The position numbers were made by a program, and so were the translations under genes. Positions 39,350 through 55,066 of a DNA stretch of 64,000 bases are shown piece after piece. Each line of letters opens with the position of its first letter. Positions within the stretch are counted from its first letter, which is position 1. The notes beneath the pieces were generated by a model that was not told where the DNA came from, made no database searches, and worked only from the letters and a program-made list of their open reading frames with translations. The DNA comes from Eledone cirrhosa. Taxonomy: Eukaryota. The stretch lies in the NCBI GenBank assembly GCA_964016885.1, contig OZ024741.1, positions 96,906,001 through 96,970,000 of the forward strand, written 5' to 3'.

Positions 39350-39900
39350 GAATAATGAATATTTCTTTATTGGGGAATAAGGCCATAGAGAACATTACGA
39401 AAAAAAAGGCGTAGTAGGAATTTACACATAGTTTTTAAAAAGCTTCAAAAAAGGTAACTAGTAACAATTAACAGCAAATTAATAACCACAAATTCCCAGG
39501 AAGAAGAGTACCTCCCACCGGTAACTTAACAACTCGACAGATCCTAAAACCGTCAAATCGCAAAGAGTACCGTGAGAAGGTACCTGTATCCTCTTTCAAC
39601 TCTACAGGCTACAGGCACTTTGTCAGATTAGGCTTATTCACTCTGGCCATCCTCGCTACTTTTCACAAATATAGAAGATGGAGCACCTCCTTCTCAACCA
39701 TCACCTTTCTTTCAGAGTGGATGAGAACTCTTTTGCCACAGCCCAACCCCAGAGGAAATGTGGAAATGTGCTTGCCTTTACCGTCTAAAAGAAAGTGGTA
39801 GGTTGATCTTACCGATAGAGTTACTCGACAGCTCGATCAGTATGTGAACTTACTTCCAGTACGATCCTAGGCCACGTACATTTGTGCAAGCCCCTCTATT
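39350..39900 (-). mobile_element. Old 5'-truncated Tx1 3' fragment
   Basis: AATAAAGAAAT-ATTCATTATT end. Homology to the ORF2 C-terminus (ARMARVN-like) and the 3'UTR of copies 1-4. Confidence 0.65.
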
Positions 39901-40655
39901 TATATGTCCTTCGTTTATGCAGTTGTTTGATTTGTCCTCTTCAGTATCAGAAGGAGGTGTGTTTGATTGTTCCTGCATTTACGTGGTTATTTGCTTTTGT
40001 TGTCGCGTGTTTTCGTTTTGTGGTTTATCGTGGTTGTAATGTACGTGGTTCTGCTTTGTGTTCCTTGACGTGGTGTTGGCGTATGAGTTACACATTAAGA
40101 ATTGAATGACGTTTCAATAAGCCCGTTATGCATAATTTTCAAGACATCAATACCTTCAATATCCGTTCCATAGATCCATGATTTCAAGGAGCCTTTACTG
40201 GTATAGAGACTCCTTTCTATACTTTTATAGCTACATTAGTAATGGAGACAATACGAAAATGTATGATTCTATATTATTTAAATACAGATCATATTTACAT
40301 GGTTAGAAATCACCCTGCGATAATAATTGTAGACGCGTTTATATTGTACGTCTGGTTAACCCATATTAACTTTCTGTTTCATTGTATTTTAGTTCTTGGT
40401 GGCATTTTTTTCTCTCTAGACAAGATTATCATTAAAAGCAGTAAAGGTTAATGATCTGCTATATTACCGAGGGGCATAATTTAATAAGGCTATCATAAGC
40501 ACATATATAGAAGTGAGTTGAAGATATTTGCTCAACAACCACGAAGTTATATGCTCTGATCGACTGTGCATGAACTTAGACGAGCCCAATTATGGGGTTG
40601 TGTTGACCAGTATATATTGAGTGAAACTGGGTAGTTCATACTGGCAGATGCCTGT

Positions 40656-42282
<1,627 letters not shown>

Positions 42283-43009
42283 GGAACGAGTAGGACCCCG
42301 ACGGCCGAGCTCAAGCCGTTTCGACGGCCAATTCTGGACTAAATGAACATTTTTATCCTGGTATTTGAATAGCCGAGCTTCTCAATGGGGTAATTCCATA
42401 TATGGTAAAAGTGATTGTCACAAGGATTGGTCAAAAGCCTGTTGTTGAGACATAATAATTCTATCATGGCAATTTGTGGGGCGAAGGGGTAGCTGAACCT
42501 GCCAGTAGGGGAAAGAGGCAGAGGGGTGGAGGAGACCCAGTCATGCGTTGATAGTGCCGACTACAGCTGGGCATGAGGTCAAAGAAGATACTAGGGAAGG
42601 GGAGGGGGGGGGAAGTCGAGACAATAAGTAAAACAATATGGGGTAAATATATAGAAAAATACCGAGAGTATTAAAAAGCAATTAAATGTAAAAAAAAATA
42701 AACAATTTCTGGTTACTACGACCTAAGTCTCTCACTCGTACTGCTAGGCTAAAGAAAGGTTTACTAGGTGGGACGGAATTATAATGAGACCCTTTTAAGA
42801 GGTATAAGTAATACACCGAGTATATCTTACGGTGACGGGTCAACAAGTGAGGGGCCAAAATACTAAAGAAACTACCACGAAATAATAAATAAAGGTTTCT
42901 ACTCCAGGCACAAGGCCAGCAACCACCCAGTGCAAAAAAAAAAAACTAATACGAAATAATAATTCAGAATCTCGAAAAATACTTCGGATTCCTTGACCAA
43001 ACATACCAA

Positions 43010-44044
43010 CAAACCTCGGGATCGCCCATGGGATCAAGCCTATCAGGTGTACTAGCGATCTCTTACATGGGCAACCTCGAACGCAAGGCACTCAACGCCT
43101 GCCACCCCAACGCCGTAGCCTTTTTCTCAAGGTACGTGGACGATATCCTCATCCTCACATCTTCCCAAGACACGGCGAACAGAAACTATGAGACGTTCAA
43201 CAACACGGCCGAGAAAATTGACTTCAGTGTTGAACATCCCAACGAAGACGGGTCACTAGCCCTCCTCGGCTTCCGAATCAACATCACAGAACAGGGAAGG
43301 ATCCACTGTAACTTCTACCGAAAGGCAGCCTGCAGGTACCTGTTCGTTCACTACAAGTCCGCCCTCCCTAACAGTGCCAAAAGAGGATACATCACGAACG
43401 AGATAGCGCGAATCAAAAACAGATGCAGCGATCCCGCGAGTGGTGTCACTCATACCAAGCGATTCCTCGAGGTGCTGGAGACGAACGGGTACCCTACCTC
43501 GATCACAGACAGAATAGGAGACACCAGACACAAGAGACAGAGAGGCACCCAAGGCAAGTGCTTCCTTAAAATTCCACATCTGGGCGAGAATACCACCAAC
43601 GCTATCCGCAAGGCTATACGGAGGGAGGGCCTCGACATCCACCTGGCCCACTCGGGCCCCTCCCTGCGAAGATGCCTCTCCTAGAAACCCGGGAAATCTA
43701 CTGACGCATGCTCCCTCAGAGACTGCCCGATACGCCATGCGAACTGTTGCCTACGCACATACGTCGTGTATAAGATAGAATGTGACAGGTGCAACCAATA
43801 CTACATAGGTAGCACAATCCGACCTTTGCACATCCGGATCAAGGAACACACTAAAACCAGGGCCTCGTCTTTCCGGAAACACATAGACAAATGCGGAAAC
43901 AAAGACGGAAGGCCCATTGTCACAATTCTAGCGACTGAAAGAAACGTCGGCACGTTAGGTATCAAGGAAGCACTTTTTATCAAACGCCTGCAACCGCAAC
44001 TAAACAACCGATTAGAGAGAAGCGAAATGAGATGGCTGGTTTAA
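43010..44044 (+). pseudogene. PLE RT C-terminal half + GIY-YIG endonuclease, one in-frame TAG at 43682
   Basis: GIAMGSSLS, RYVDDIL, FYRK..VHYKS; CSLRDCP; VVYKIECDRC..YYIGST.RPL..RIKEH, KEALFIK..PQLN. Confidence 0.9.
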
Positions 44045-44728
44045 GTTAACAAACGATGTAGCAACACACAACACACGCACACACAAACGAGACAACTACA
44101 CACACACACACAGTAGCATTCCACCATACGGACATACTACACTGCCAATACAGAGGAACAAGGCAACTACACACGCACACATACACACACACACACACGC
44201 AAGCGAGACAACAACACACGCACACACACACACAGTAACATTTAACAAACAGGCAGAGAATGGACTGATAGCTAGCGCCACCCCACTCCCTCATTCGGCC
44301 GCTGACCTCTGCCCGACCGACCCCATTTCACGCGCACGCGCGCTCTGCCGAATACCTCAGATATTCAAAACAACAAACAGCGGAGGACGCGTTTCGCACC
44401 TGTCCGACAGACAACCTTTACCCCGGAAAAAAAAACCCCATTTGATGGATGTGAATCCGAAATATATAGGGACTATTAAATCTCTCCCAAGGTAACTGTC
44501 TCTTGTGTTGTTATTTTTATTTTATCCTTTATACTCTTCCCTTCTTTCTTCTACACATTTACACATCTTTACACACCACGCATCTCAACGTACACCCACT
44601 TACATCTCTCTCTCTACCACCGGATCTTGTTACCCGGAGATTTACCCATTTGCATTGTCGAGGCTTCCAAACGACTTAAAGATATTTATTTATTATTCCA
44701 CAATGCTTCAAGCAAACTTCAATACTCT

Positions 44729-44730
<2 letters not shown>
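43010..44730 (+). mobile_element. 5'-truncated Penelope-like element 1 with 3' non-coding region ending in (TA)n
   Basis: RT C-half and GIY-YIG; degenerate hammerhead-like motif at 44436-44471. Confidence 0.88.
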
Positions 44731-44775
<45 letters not shown>

Positions 44776-45051
44776 TTTAATCAGTGAACAAGAACAACAA
44801 ATCCTGCAGCTACCACCAACATTTGCTATCTACAAAAAGATTAACCCTATTGAGTGAAAAACGGAGCTGAAAAAGTGTTTCACAAAAATGCGTTGGAATG
44901 CAAAAGTAAACAACATCAACGACAACTATACGGAAAACAACAACAGTAAAAACTGTAGTAGTAATATAAACAATAACTCTAAGTATAGAAATAACAGCTA
45001 TAATAGTAATAGTCATAACAATAACAATAGCAGGAGAGTGAGAAATAGTAA

Positions 45052-45240
45052 TAATTGTTTCTACTTTAGGCACAAGACCAGTAATTACCCAGTGCATTAC
45101 TGGTACTTTATTTTATCGAACCCGTAAGGATGAAAGGCAAAGTCAACCTCGGTGGGATTTGAACTCAGATCGTAAAGGGACGTAACTATGCTGGAAAGCA
45201 TGGCGTCTGACCATCTACCGAAACTGCCAATCCACCGAGA
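45052..45240 (-). mobile_element. SINE copy (near full-length) in AAT/AAC-rich DNA; truncated copy at 45398-45515
   Basis: A-box-like TGGCAGTTTCGG, B-box GAGTTCAAATCC, conserved core and tail. Confidence 0.88.
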
Positions 45241-45866
45241 ATAGTAATAATGGTAATAATATTAACGATAGACAGAACAACAACAACAACCACAATAATA
45301 GTAATAATAGAAACATTAAATACAGACACAGCAGCAGCGACCACAGTAGTAATAACGGTAACAATAGGAATAACAACAACAACAACCACAGTGGTAATAA
45401 TTGTTTCTCCTTTAGGCACAAGGCCAGCAGTTAACCAGTACATTACGGGTACTTTATTTTATCGACCCCGTAAGGATGAAAGGCAACGTTAACCTCGGCG
45501 GGATTTCAACTCAGACAGTGGTAATAAAAGAAATAATACATGTAGCAACATTAATGATAGACACAACAAAAACAAGAAACATAATAAAAGTAATAACCAC
45601 AATGGTAGAAATAACAGTAACAACAACAATAACGGTGAAGAAAACAACAATCACAGAAACAATACATCAAGCAATCATAACAACAAACATCTAACAATCA
45701 CAGCAACAATACATCTAGCAATCATAACGATAATAATAATGCTAATGATAGGAACAACAACAACCACCATAATAACAATAATAGCAACACACACAACTAT
45801 GACGATAGATATAATGACAACCCCTTAGAGAAACTATTCTTCAACCCAGCTGACAAAACAAATAAG

Positions 45867-48118
45867 ATGGGTAATATCTATCCTACGAGGTTACCCTTTA
45901 ATAAAAGAGTTTGCATACCACATCAAATAGATGACGAGAGAGAGGCACAGTTCACCATAGCCAGAAATAAGATTAGACAAATAGTATACCGGTATACTAA
46001 GAGACAGAGCAGACCAGAGGCCCAACAACTTGGGAGGAAACCTGTAGAAGGCTTGGTTAGCCTCAAGCAGCGCACAAGGGATGGTGAGGTAATATTTCTA
46101 CCCACGGATAAGTCTGGTAGGATGTCAATAGATAGCATGCCGAACTACATCAAGGCTATGCAACCCCACATCACCAACACGAGCGAAATTGCACAGCAAA
46201 TACATGATGATGTGGACCAACATCCTAAAGCCAAGCAGACGCAACGCCAACAACTTCCAGGCGTCTAACAATGGCATACCACCCTTGTATGGGCTCCGCA
46301 AAGACCACAAGACAATCGACGACCCGACAACCGGACCACCAACAAGACCCGTATGCGGAGCAAATATAGCTAGCAACTACAGGATCTCCTACTTCCTCTC
46401 AATGGTTTTACGCCCCATAATGAAGATGTCCCCAGATGTATGTGACAGTACAGACGACCTCCTCAGCAGAATCAGTGAGTGCAACAAAAACAGGAACCTA
46501 TCCAACTGCATAATAGGCAGCATGGATGTGGTATCACTGTACCCATCCATTAACATTGATTTTGCTGTGGAGAAATGTGTGGAGATGATTATTGAGAGTG
46601 AGGTGGAGTTCTGCGACGTCGACACATACGAACGGGGCCTCCTACTTAGACTGACCTACGACACTGACTACCTAGAAAGCCTTGACCTTAGACGTTTCTG
46701 CCCCAGTAGACCCATAAGAGGTAGACCCCCCCACCATAACCTCAATGGCTAAAAAGACTCCCATGGGAAGGTGGATTGGGTGGACCAAAGCTATACGGAC
46801 CCCCCAAAAAAAATGATCAGGTAAGAAAAATGGTCGCACATGCAATAGGGGCTAGTATCAAAACTACCCTAAAGGGCCACATATTCAAGTTCAACGAGAA
46901 GATCTACACCCAAAATGAGGGAGCAGACATTGGCGTCAGCATAGCTGGTGACGTTGCCAACCTTTTTATGTTATGGTAGGATAGGAGACGTAATATCTCC
47001 TTAATGAGAGTTCCATAGACCTCATCATGTACTCTCGTTACGTAGACGATATCAATATAGTTATAAGAACATCCCCACAAGAGAGCACTAACAAGTTTGA
47101 TTTAGAACGTAGCACAATGGAAAGCATCCAGTAGATAGCCAGAGATACCAGAGTGTCATGTTTGTTGACGCTACCCCTGGAGGGAAATTAGCTAACCAGC
47201 AGAATTAGCTGATCAGCAAAACCTACCCTTTTAAGAAAACCCACTGTACTAAGAGGAAATGTATTATATGTAAGGTAAACCCCCAGATAAACTGTAAAAC
47301 TAGAAACGTAGTCTATAGCATAAGATGTACAGAGGGTATTTGCAGAAACATAACAACAACATACATAGGCGAGACAGCTCGTAGCATAGGTGAAAGGATA
47401 GACCAACACTGGGGGGAACTAAAAGGACGAAAAAACGGTTCAGTACTATACGAACATGTATACGACAACAACACGACGGTAACATAGACAACATAGATAT
47501 TAGAATAATATCTAAACATAGAAATGACCCAGCAGATAGGCAAATCAGAGAGGCCAGTGAAATAGAACTTAGAAGGCCAAAGCTAAACAGAAAAAATGAA
47601 TGGAATAACAACAACACTCAAACAAACAACATTGACCTAAGAGAAGTATAAATAAATAAATAAATAGATAAATAAATAAATAAATACATACACTAGCACA
47701 ATAACAACAAACACATATAAACACACACTAGTAAAGATAGAATACATTAACCAATACACAGTCACCCAATCACGAACACACATCAAACAAAACACTATAC
47801 ACACACGCAAACGCATGCGCAAAGAAGACAACAACAAAAATATATATATAAACAGACTAAATAAAGATGGCGTAGAAAATACAATGCAACGGGAGGAAAC
47901 AAAGCACCACTGACGATGTTGCAGATGTGCAACGAAAGAACTTTGATAAACTATATGTGTTTGTGTCTATATTGTATTTTTGACCGTTGGTCAGTCAATG
48001 GCCACATTGAGGACCGAATAAATTAAATTACCGATATAAAAGACACAGAAGCGAAAAGCGAAAACCAACCGAAACCGGCAATATTACACAAATATGACCC
48101 TCCCCAAGTATAACAATA
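45867..48118 (+). mobile_element. Penelope-like element 2 (frameshifted RT + GIY-YIG) with hammerhead-bearing 3' pseudo-LTR
   Basis: PTDKSG, RPVCGA, SMDVVSLYPSI, QNEGADIGVSIAGDVANLFM, YSRYVDDI; NVVYSIRC...TYIGETARS..ERI.QH; RT thumb region deleted. Confidence 0.88.
47906..47947 (+). ncRNA. Minimal type I hammerhead ribozyme
   Basis: acca-CTGACGA-t-gttgca gatg tgcaac-GAAA-gaac-TT-tgat (one stem I mismatch). Confidence 0.72.
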
Positions 48119-49469
48119 TATATATTTATTATTACTACTGTATATATATATACAGTAGTAATAATAAATATTTCGAAAAACGTTACAACCGTATGTATAT
48201 ATATATATAAATATATATCTATATATACATACGGTTGTAACGTTTTTTCGAAATACTTACTTCTGCGTCCACAGATTTATTCTTTTAGTTTCAGAAGATC
48301 CCGTTAAGTGTGAAAGCAGCGATTCTTTGCTTAAAAATTATTATATATATATATATATGTGGATCTGTGTGTGTGTGCGTGTGTGTTTATGTTATGTAAC
48401 CTTACAAGAAACATTAATAAAATATGTATCAGACTTGAGAGAACGAGTATTAAGGTTGATATGCTAAATTAATCATGGAGGTGCGCCATCATGGCCATAG
48501 TCCAATGATGATACTATTTCGAAAATAAAAGAATATAGTTACATAGAAATTTTCGTTACAATATTACCTTACCAAGAAAGAAATACCATGAATTAATTAT
48601 GATCTCTTTTCGTGTATTGATATCTCCTTCGTTTGTTTAGTTGTAGACTTCCCACTTCATACAGTTTGTAATAGAAGACCTCTACAAGAGATAGGTACTA
48701 CACTACAATGACATAAGAATTGATTCTTTATTTGATATTGCCTTCGATAAAGGTTAACCCCTTGCAACGATTCATTTGTGTTATTTTGTATTTATATAAG
48801 CCAATATATTCCTACTGCTTTTACCCAGCTTGCATTCATTTGGTTGTTTATTTTACAAACACGATCTTCATAATTATTTCATGTCAAATACTCATCTGAG
48901 ATTTCGGCTTTTATATCTCTAGGACTTAGAATTTCACCTCCTTAGCGTTTAAATATGCACATATAAACATATAACCAACCACGCTCAAAGCGGGCATGCT
49001 AATATATAAATGTTAAGGGTATAGATCGATATACGGTGATTCCGATTTTGTTACTTAGAAATTGCTCAAACAAATTCATTTGCAGCACGCGCATAGGATT
49101 AATTGTAATACAATATTCTCAGCCAGAAGCCTAAGCTATGAAAAGAGTGTGATTGTTATATTGGCAGATTACCATGTCAAAACGTTAGAGTACGCCTAAA
49201 GTACTCATAAAGTATTGGCTAGTAACCTAGTTTAGCACAGAAAAGTCCACCAGTGAACAAATATCTACGTTTAAGCTGGTACAGTACTGTGTCTGGTATA
49301 GTACTGTGTCATCGATTAATAGTAAATCCATACCCAGCAAATTCCGGACAAAGAAATTCTCATCCGTGAGTAGTCTTATGAGGAATTTCCGAAAATGGAA
49401 CTTACTCTTAAATGTTCACGTCCGTGACTGTAGACCACGAGTAGCATTATCTTGTCCGTCAACAAATAA

Positions 49470-49657
49470 TTGAATCTACGTTAGGCACAAGGCCAGCAAT
49501 TACCCAGTGTATTACTGGTACTTTATTTTATCGATCCCGTAAGGATGAAAGGCAAAGTTAACCTCGGCGGGATTTGAACTCTGATTGACAAGGGCCGTAA
49601 CTCTATGCGTCAAAGCATGGCGTCCGACCCACTACCAATACTGCCAATCCACCGCCC
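49470..49657 (-). mobile_element. Full-length tRNA-derived SINE
   Basis: GGCGGTGGATTGGCAGTATTGG head, GAGTTCAAATCCCGCC B-box. Flanked by the direct repeat cttgtccgt(c/t)aacaaataat (TSD-like). Confidence 0.88.
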
Positions 49658-49739
49658 TTGTCCGTTAACAAATAATGACAACAGCAATGGCTGACTGGGT
49701 GGAGTTGGGGTAATGCTTAATACGACAGCATCACTTCAC

Positions 49740-49807
<68 letters not shown>

Positions 49808-50030
49808 TAGAGAGAGAGAGAGAGAGATTGATAGCTAAATGTAATTATTATGCGTTTGATTATGTATTGAAAGATAGAAATATATAAGTAGGTAACCATT
49901 GATAGCTACCTCTTTGACTGTTGTCCACCTTTTCAGCATTGTTGTGAAAAAGATGGGTAGTGAGAAAAATATCAAAATATTATTTCTCAAACAAATGTAT
50001 CAAGAGTTGGTTGTCAAATAATTCGTATGT

Positions 50031-50088
<58 letters not shown>

Positions 50089-50170
50089 TCATACACACGG
50101 AAACACGCACACACACGCACACACAGACACACATACACACACACACTCACACATATATTTATATATATAA

Positions 50171-50217
<47 letters not shown>

Positions 50218-50513
50218 TGTGTGTGTGTGTGTGTAACTAACTCTCTGTGCCTTCCAATTATATGTAACAATGTGTGTATTTATGTATATGTGTATATTTC
50301 TTTTGTAATGTGAATAAGTATTGCATTATATAATTCCTTCCTAGATATAATACTGAATAAGCATTATTAGATTTGTATTGCAATACTATCCAAGCGAAAC
50401 ATTCTAATTGTAAAGACAGACCTACGTATAACATTAAGTTGATATTGATGTGTTTTTGTCTTTATCAGATTTCCTTAACTTCCAAAATAATAATCATAAT
50501 AGATGTTGAATTG

Positions 50514-50570
<57 letters not shown>
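50514..50570. repeat. (AAT)n microsatellite
   Basis: Directly visible. Confidence 0.95.
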
Positions 50571-50571
<1 letters not shown>

Positions 50572-51551
50572 CACTGAAAATAGTAAAGTATAAGATGCAA
50601 CTATTCTTTGTTGTTCATTAGATGAAAATATACAGAAAGAAAAGAGAACGAGAGACAGAGAAGGAGAGAACAAGAGATAAATGGTGGAGTGTGATAGATA
50701 GAGGGAGAGAGAAAAAATGATTCTTAGATATAGTCAAAACAAATATATATGATGTAGTGATGAATAGTTATTGCGAAAGCCCAGTATGAAATAAAGATAA
50801 ATGGTAGATGAAAAGCCTGGGAAAGTAGATAGCTTAATACATTTATCTGATATATTAACAGCTAAATTTACAAGAAAAACAAAATAACATAATAGATGAA
50901 AATCGTTTGGGATAGAAATAAAAAAACATAATAATAAAACCTCAAAAGAAAGCAAAATGCAAAAACTGTTTTTAAAATATATATCAAAATTCTGCTACAA
51001 TACATAAGAAAACTCATACACTTTAAGGTATGTTTTTTCGTTAAGAAATCAAAGAAAACTGAAGGATATTGCACCATATATATATATCACAATCTTCAAG
51101 AATGGAATCATCTGAAGACATTATTCTTTTAGGTATTTGTCAATTACATTTTAAGATGACCCTCTTTCTTAGCGACGAGGAAGCGACTTTCTATACTATT
51201 TGAGATAAGATAAGTTTATAGAAAGAGAAACGGAATACCGAACAAGAAAAGTAGGCATGCAATGCAAACAAAACAAAACATAAATATTTGTATATTCGAA
51301 ACCAGTTTCCGTTTCATATTTCTAAATAATAATATTAATAATAATGTATGTTTAAATGTGCATTAAAATCTGCAGTCAATGAATATCTTCGTGGACTTAG
51401 ACTTAACGACACATGTCTTATAACAATATCATATCTAATTGTAGAATAAGCCGATGTGTATCTAACGACATGTATGTTAACGGTAAATATCACACCCATT
51501 AGCATCTATCTCTCTCTCTCTCTCTTTCCATCCTCTGTCTCTCTCTCTCTC

Positions 51552-51582
<31 letters not shown>

Positions 51583-51652
51583 TCTAGAATTGGCTGCTCA
51601 AACGGCAAGAGCTCAGCCGTCGGAGTCATAACTTTAAAATAAATATTTATAT

Positions 51653-52052
51653 TAAGAATATTTTCGAAACAGCGAGTGGGTTTGAAATTGTTAGAAATGT
51701 AAGCTATCGCCGTATTTTGACTAATGAAATTATTTAGCCTGATAGTGGGGTTAAGAACCCTCGGAGAATTGGAAAAAGATGCGTATTGACGTACATGGGA
51801 GTCGAACACACATCTTTGGTTATCCGGACCACTGTGCTATCATTCACACCAACACATCACCCGTCTCTTTCCATTCAAATTAGAAGCTATAAACTTAGCG
51901 ACTGTAATGTCAAGTAAGAATATTTTCGAAACAGCGAGTGGGTTTGAAATTATTAGAAATGTAAGCTATCGCCGTATTTTGACTAAAGAAATTATTTAGC
52001 CTGATAGTGGGGGTTAAGAACCCTCGGAGAAATGGAAAAAGATGAGTATTGA
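51653..52052. repeat. 262-bp-period tandem element (137-bp direct repeats) abutting (TA)n
   Basis: 51653-51789 repeated at 51915-52052. Confidence 0.85.
51787..51858 (-). tRNA. tRNA-like cloverleaf (pseudo-tRNA; GGA in anticodon position, short variable arm)
   Basis: 72 nt: acceptor gatgtgt/gtacgtc+A, D-arm gtgt/gcac, anticodon arm tggt/acca with loop ccggata, T-loop TTCGACT; TTTTT about 10 nt downstream. Confidence 0.6.
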
Positions 52053-52123
<71 letters not shown>

Positions 52124-52749
52124 CATATATACACACACACACACACACATATATATATACATAGCCGATCCCTCGTGTTTTTATGAAGGGCTCAGTTGAT
52201 AAAGTTAATACGAATAATTATGTGATCAAGCGCAGAGACTTTTAGAGTAGGGAGAAGACTCTTTAAAGACGGAGGAAGAAGTTTCCATCAGCCGATCTGA
52301 CGATTCGAACACCATATCCCTGAGATAGTGCCTAGGCCCTTTAGAAGATTAAATTAAGAAATCCTGAAAACTCTTACCGTCTTAAATTAAAAAGCTGACC
52401 AGATTCTTCAGATGATTCATCATAGTGGCCGATGCCAAATTATTTTTTTCGTTTTTAAATGGTCTTCAACCTATCATATAAGCTATTATATAGCACCTCC
52501 ATGTATCATTCTTTATATTAATCTTACCTTCTCAGCACTTTGTAAAGGTCCGAGGGATCAGCTACGAATACACAACGTATGTTTCCTACGAGGTTTGTTC
52601 GATTCTACATTGCAACTGATGGCTACTTTTCCCCTCTTTCATTAGGTACTTTAGAACATTCCAACGCATGGGCATATCATTCTTTATATATGGATATATA
52701 TTTATATATATATACAAACACACACGCATACACACCCACCCACCCACAC

Positions 52750-52824
<75 letters not shown>

Positions 52825-54407
52825 AAGAAGTTGACAGGACTAGCATGAGTTTCCTTGCTGGTACCGGTTGCATCTCAGCGTGAGCAATAGGTAAGGTTAT
52901 ATACAATAATCTCACAGTTGACACAAAGTTAATTGCCTCAATACAACACACATAAATCTATACCATAACCGTACTCAAGTTTCGATCACACTTTATGCAG
53001 CAATAGAGTGCACGGCATCTACTGTCTGCATTTATTATGCAACAATGTACAATCGGCGCATGTGGCTTCATCAGCGGTTCTCGACTAATCAATAACCAAT
53101 CGATCGACAGAATTCGATTCCTGTCCGTACCACCTATGCCAGTGAATGTGACAGGCGACACAGTAGTACATTAACAAATGAAATCCCTACGTGTCGTCAA
53201 AATGACGTCAACCGATTGGTCACGGCTTCAGAAATTTATGTGACGGTAGTAGTCGAAATTCTATTCATTCTGCCCTTCCATATCTCACCAACATATCTCA
53301 AGTCAAACACAAATTAACAAGTGAGTGAACAAATGCAATTATTAGAGAATCTGTGTCTCGAATCGTTGTACATTAGAATAATAAGATTCGGCTCTCGTAT
53401 CCAGGTACCATGGCGAAACGGTGCGATAGTAAACAATGGTAGTGCCTAAAACCTTTCCGGATATTAAATGCCAACTGGCAATTAGGCAGCGATATAGAAT
53501 TAGCGTGCTGGCTAGAATTCGAATTCGGGATATTTCGACCAACCACGTATGTATGACCGATCAATTTCACAACTTGTACGATCAGCAGGTGAGTGAGAGA
53601 GAAATATAGGACAGGTATTAGAGTGCATATTAAACAAAACACAATAAAACAAATATGGAAAATTGTTCAGCATACACTCATTGTGAATCTGCTAGTTGGG
53701 AGAAAATAATAAAAAGAGGTTGATGCTAGTACCGGTTGCATCTCAGCGTACTTAACAGGTAAAGTTATGTAAAATTCCGAGAGTAGATATAACGTTAATT
53801 GCTCCAATACAACATATATATTGGCCCATGGATGGAAACTGTGAGCAACTGCAAAGCCATATTTTGTCAATTACATTGTCTTTCTGATTATCGTTTTTCT
53901 TTATGGCTCTGTAAATAAGTACGATTTGTGGAAAGGCATAGTGAAATATCAATGTATAATTAAGTCCCTTTTGCTAAATCTTTCTGGAACTCAAACACGT
54001 ACCGGTGCACGATAGCAAGTATTGACTTTTTTTCTATCTTGAATAATTCCACTTTTTTTCTGGTGTCATAGAAGACAATCAAATAGAAAAGTACTTAAAC
54101 AAATATCATCGAAGTGACAATCTTTTCTATTCACCCGAAGAATGAATTATTTTCAGTGCTGAGAACACATTTAAAATCGCCATCATCAAGACGAAGAGAA
54201 TGGAATAACCAGTATAGGACATTCACTATTGCATACTGATTTCATAAAAAAGCTAAAAAATACATTTCATAATATAGAGCAAGAATGAAGTGTTCATTCT
54301 ACTGACATGGGTATAAAATTGAGGCTTGTATACATAATTGCAAACGAATCGAATGTAATTATTAATATTCTAAAAAGTCAGATTAAATTAATATATATAT
54401 CTAAATA

Positions 54408-54467
<60 letters not shown>

Positions 54468-54580
54468 TAGAAGGGGTATTTAATTTATTGGAAATCCGAC
54501 AAATAGACAAATATAAATGTGAATTTCCCACCGATAAGGTATGATTTTCATGGATATGTCTCTATTTATAAAACAAACTT

Positions 54581-54650
54581 TGTATTTTATCTGATGAAAG
54601 CGTACTAATGTTGTCTTGGTACCCTTGAAATATATATATAATAACATACA
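54581..54650 (+). ncRNA. Type I hammerhead ribozyme in a short (TA)n-embedded insert
   Basis: tgtattttat-CTGATGA-aagcgtactaa tgttgtc ttggtaccctt-GAAA-tatatata-TA-ataacataca. Confidence 0.8.
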
Positions 54651-54710
54651 TATCGTTTTATAAATATAGTTTACATTTATTTAATATCATTTTATATATA
54701 TATATATGTG

Positions 54711-54795
<85 letters not shown>

Positions 54796-54844
54796 AATTT
54801 TTTAATATAAGGAACATGTTCTTTGTTTTTATTCAATGTTTTCA

Positions 54845-54892
<48 letters not shown>

Positions 54893-54941
54893 TGAAAACA
54901 TTGAATAAAAACTAAGAACATGTTCCTTATAATAAAAAAAA

Positions 54942-55066
54942 TCATCATTTTACGATCGTTTCTAGGATATATATGTGTGTTGGTATGTATATCATATAGA
55001 TCTATGTAAACTATCAGAGGAAATATACATACCTTTACATATATATGCTGTCTTCAGAAATGATGA
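54942..55066 (-). ncRNA. Type I hammerhead with long stem II insertion (pLTR copy A)
   Basis: tcatcattt-CTGAAGA-[long hairpin]-GAAA-cgatcg-TA-aaatgatga. Confidence 0.8.

Noticed and set aside
43682-43684. In-frame stop between PLE RT and GIY-YIG as possible selenocysteine or readthrough
   Set aside because: The codon is TAG, not TGA, in a truncated copy; a point mutation is the simpler explanation
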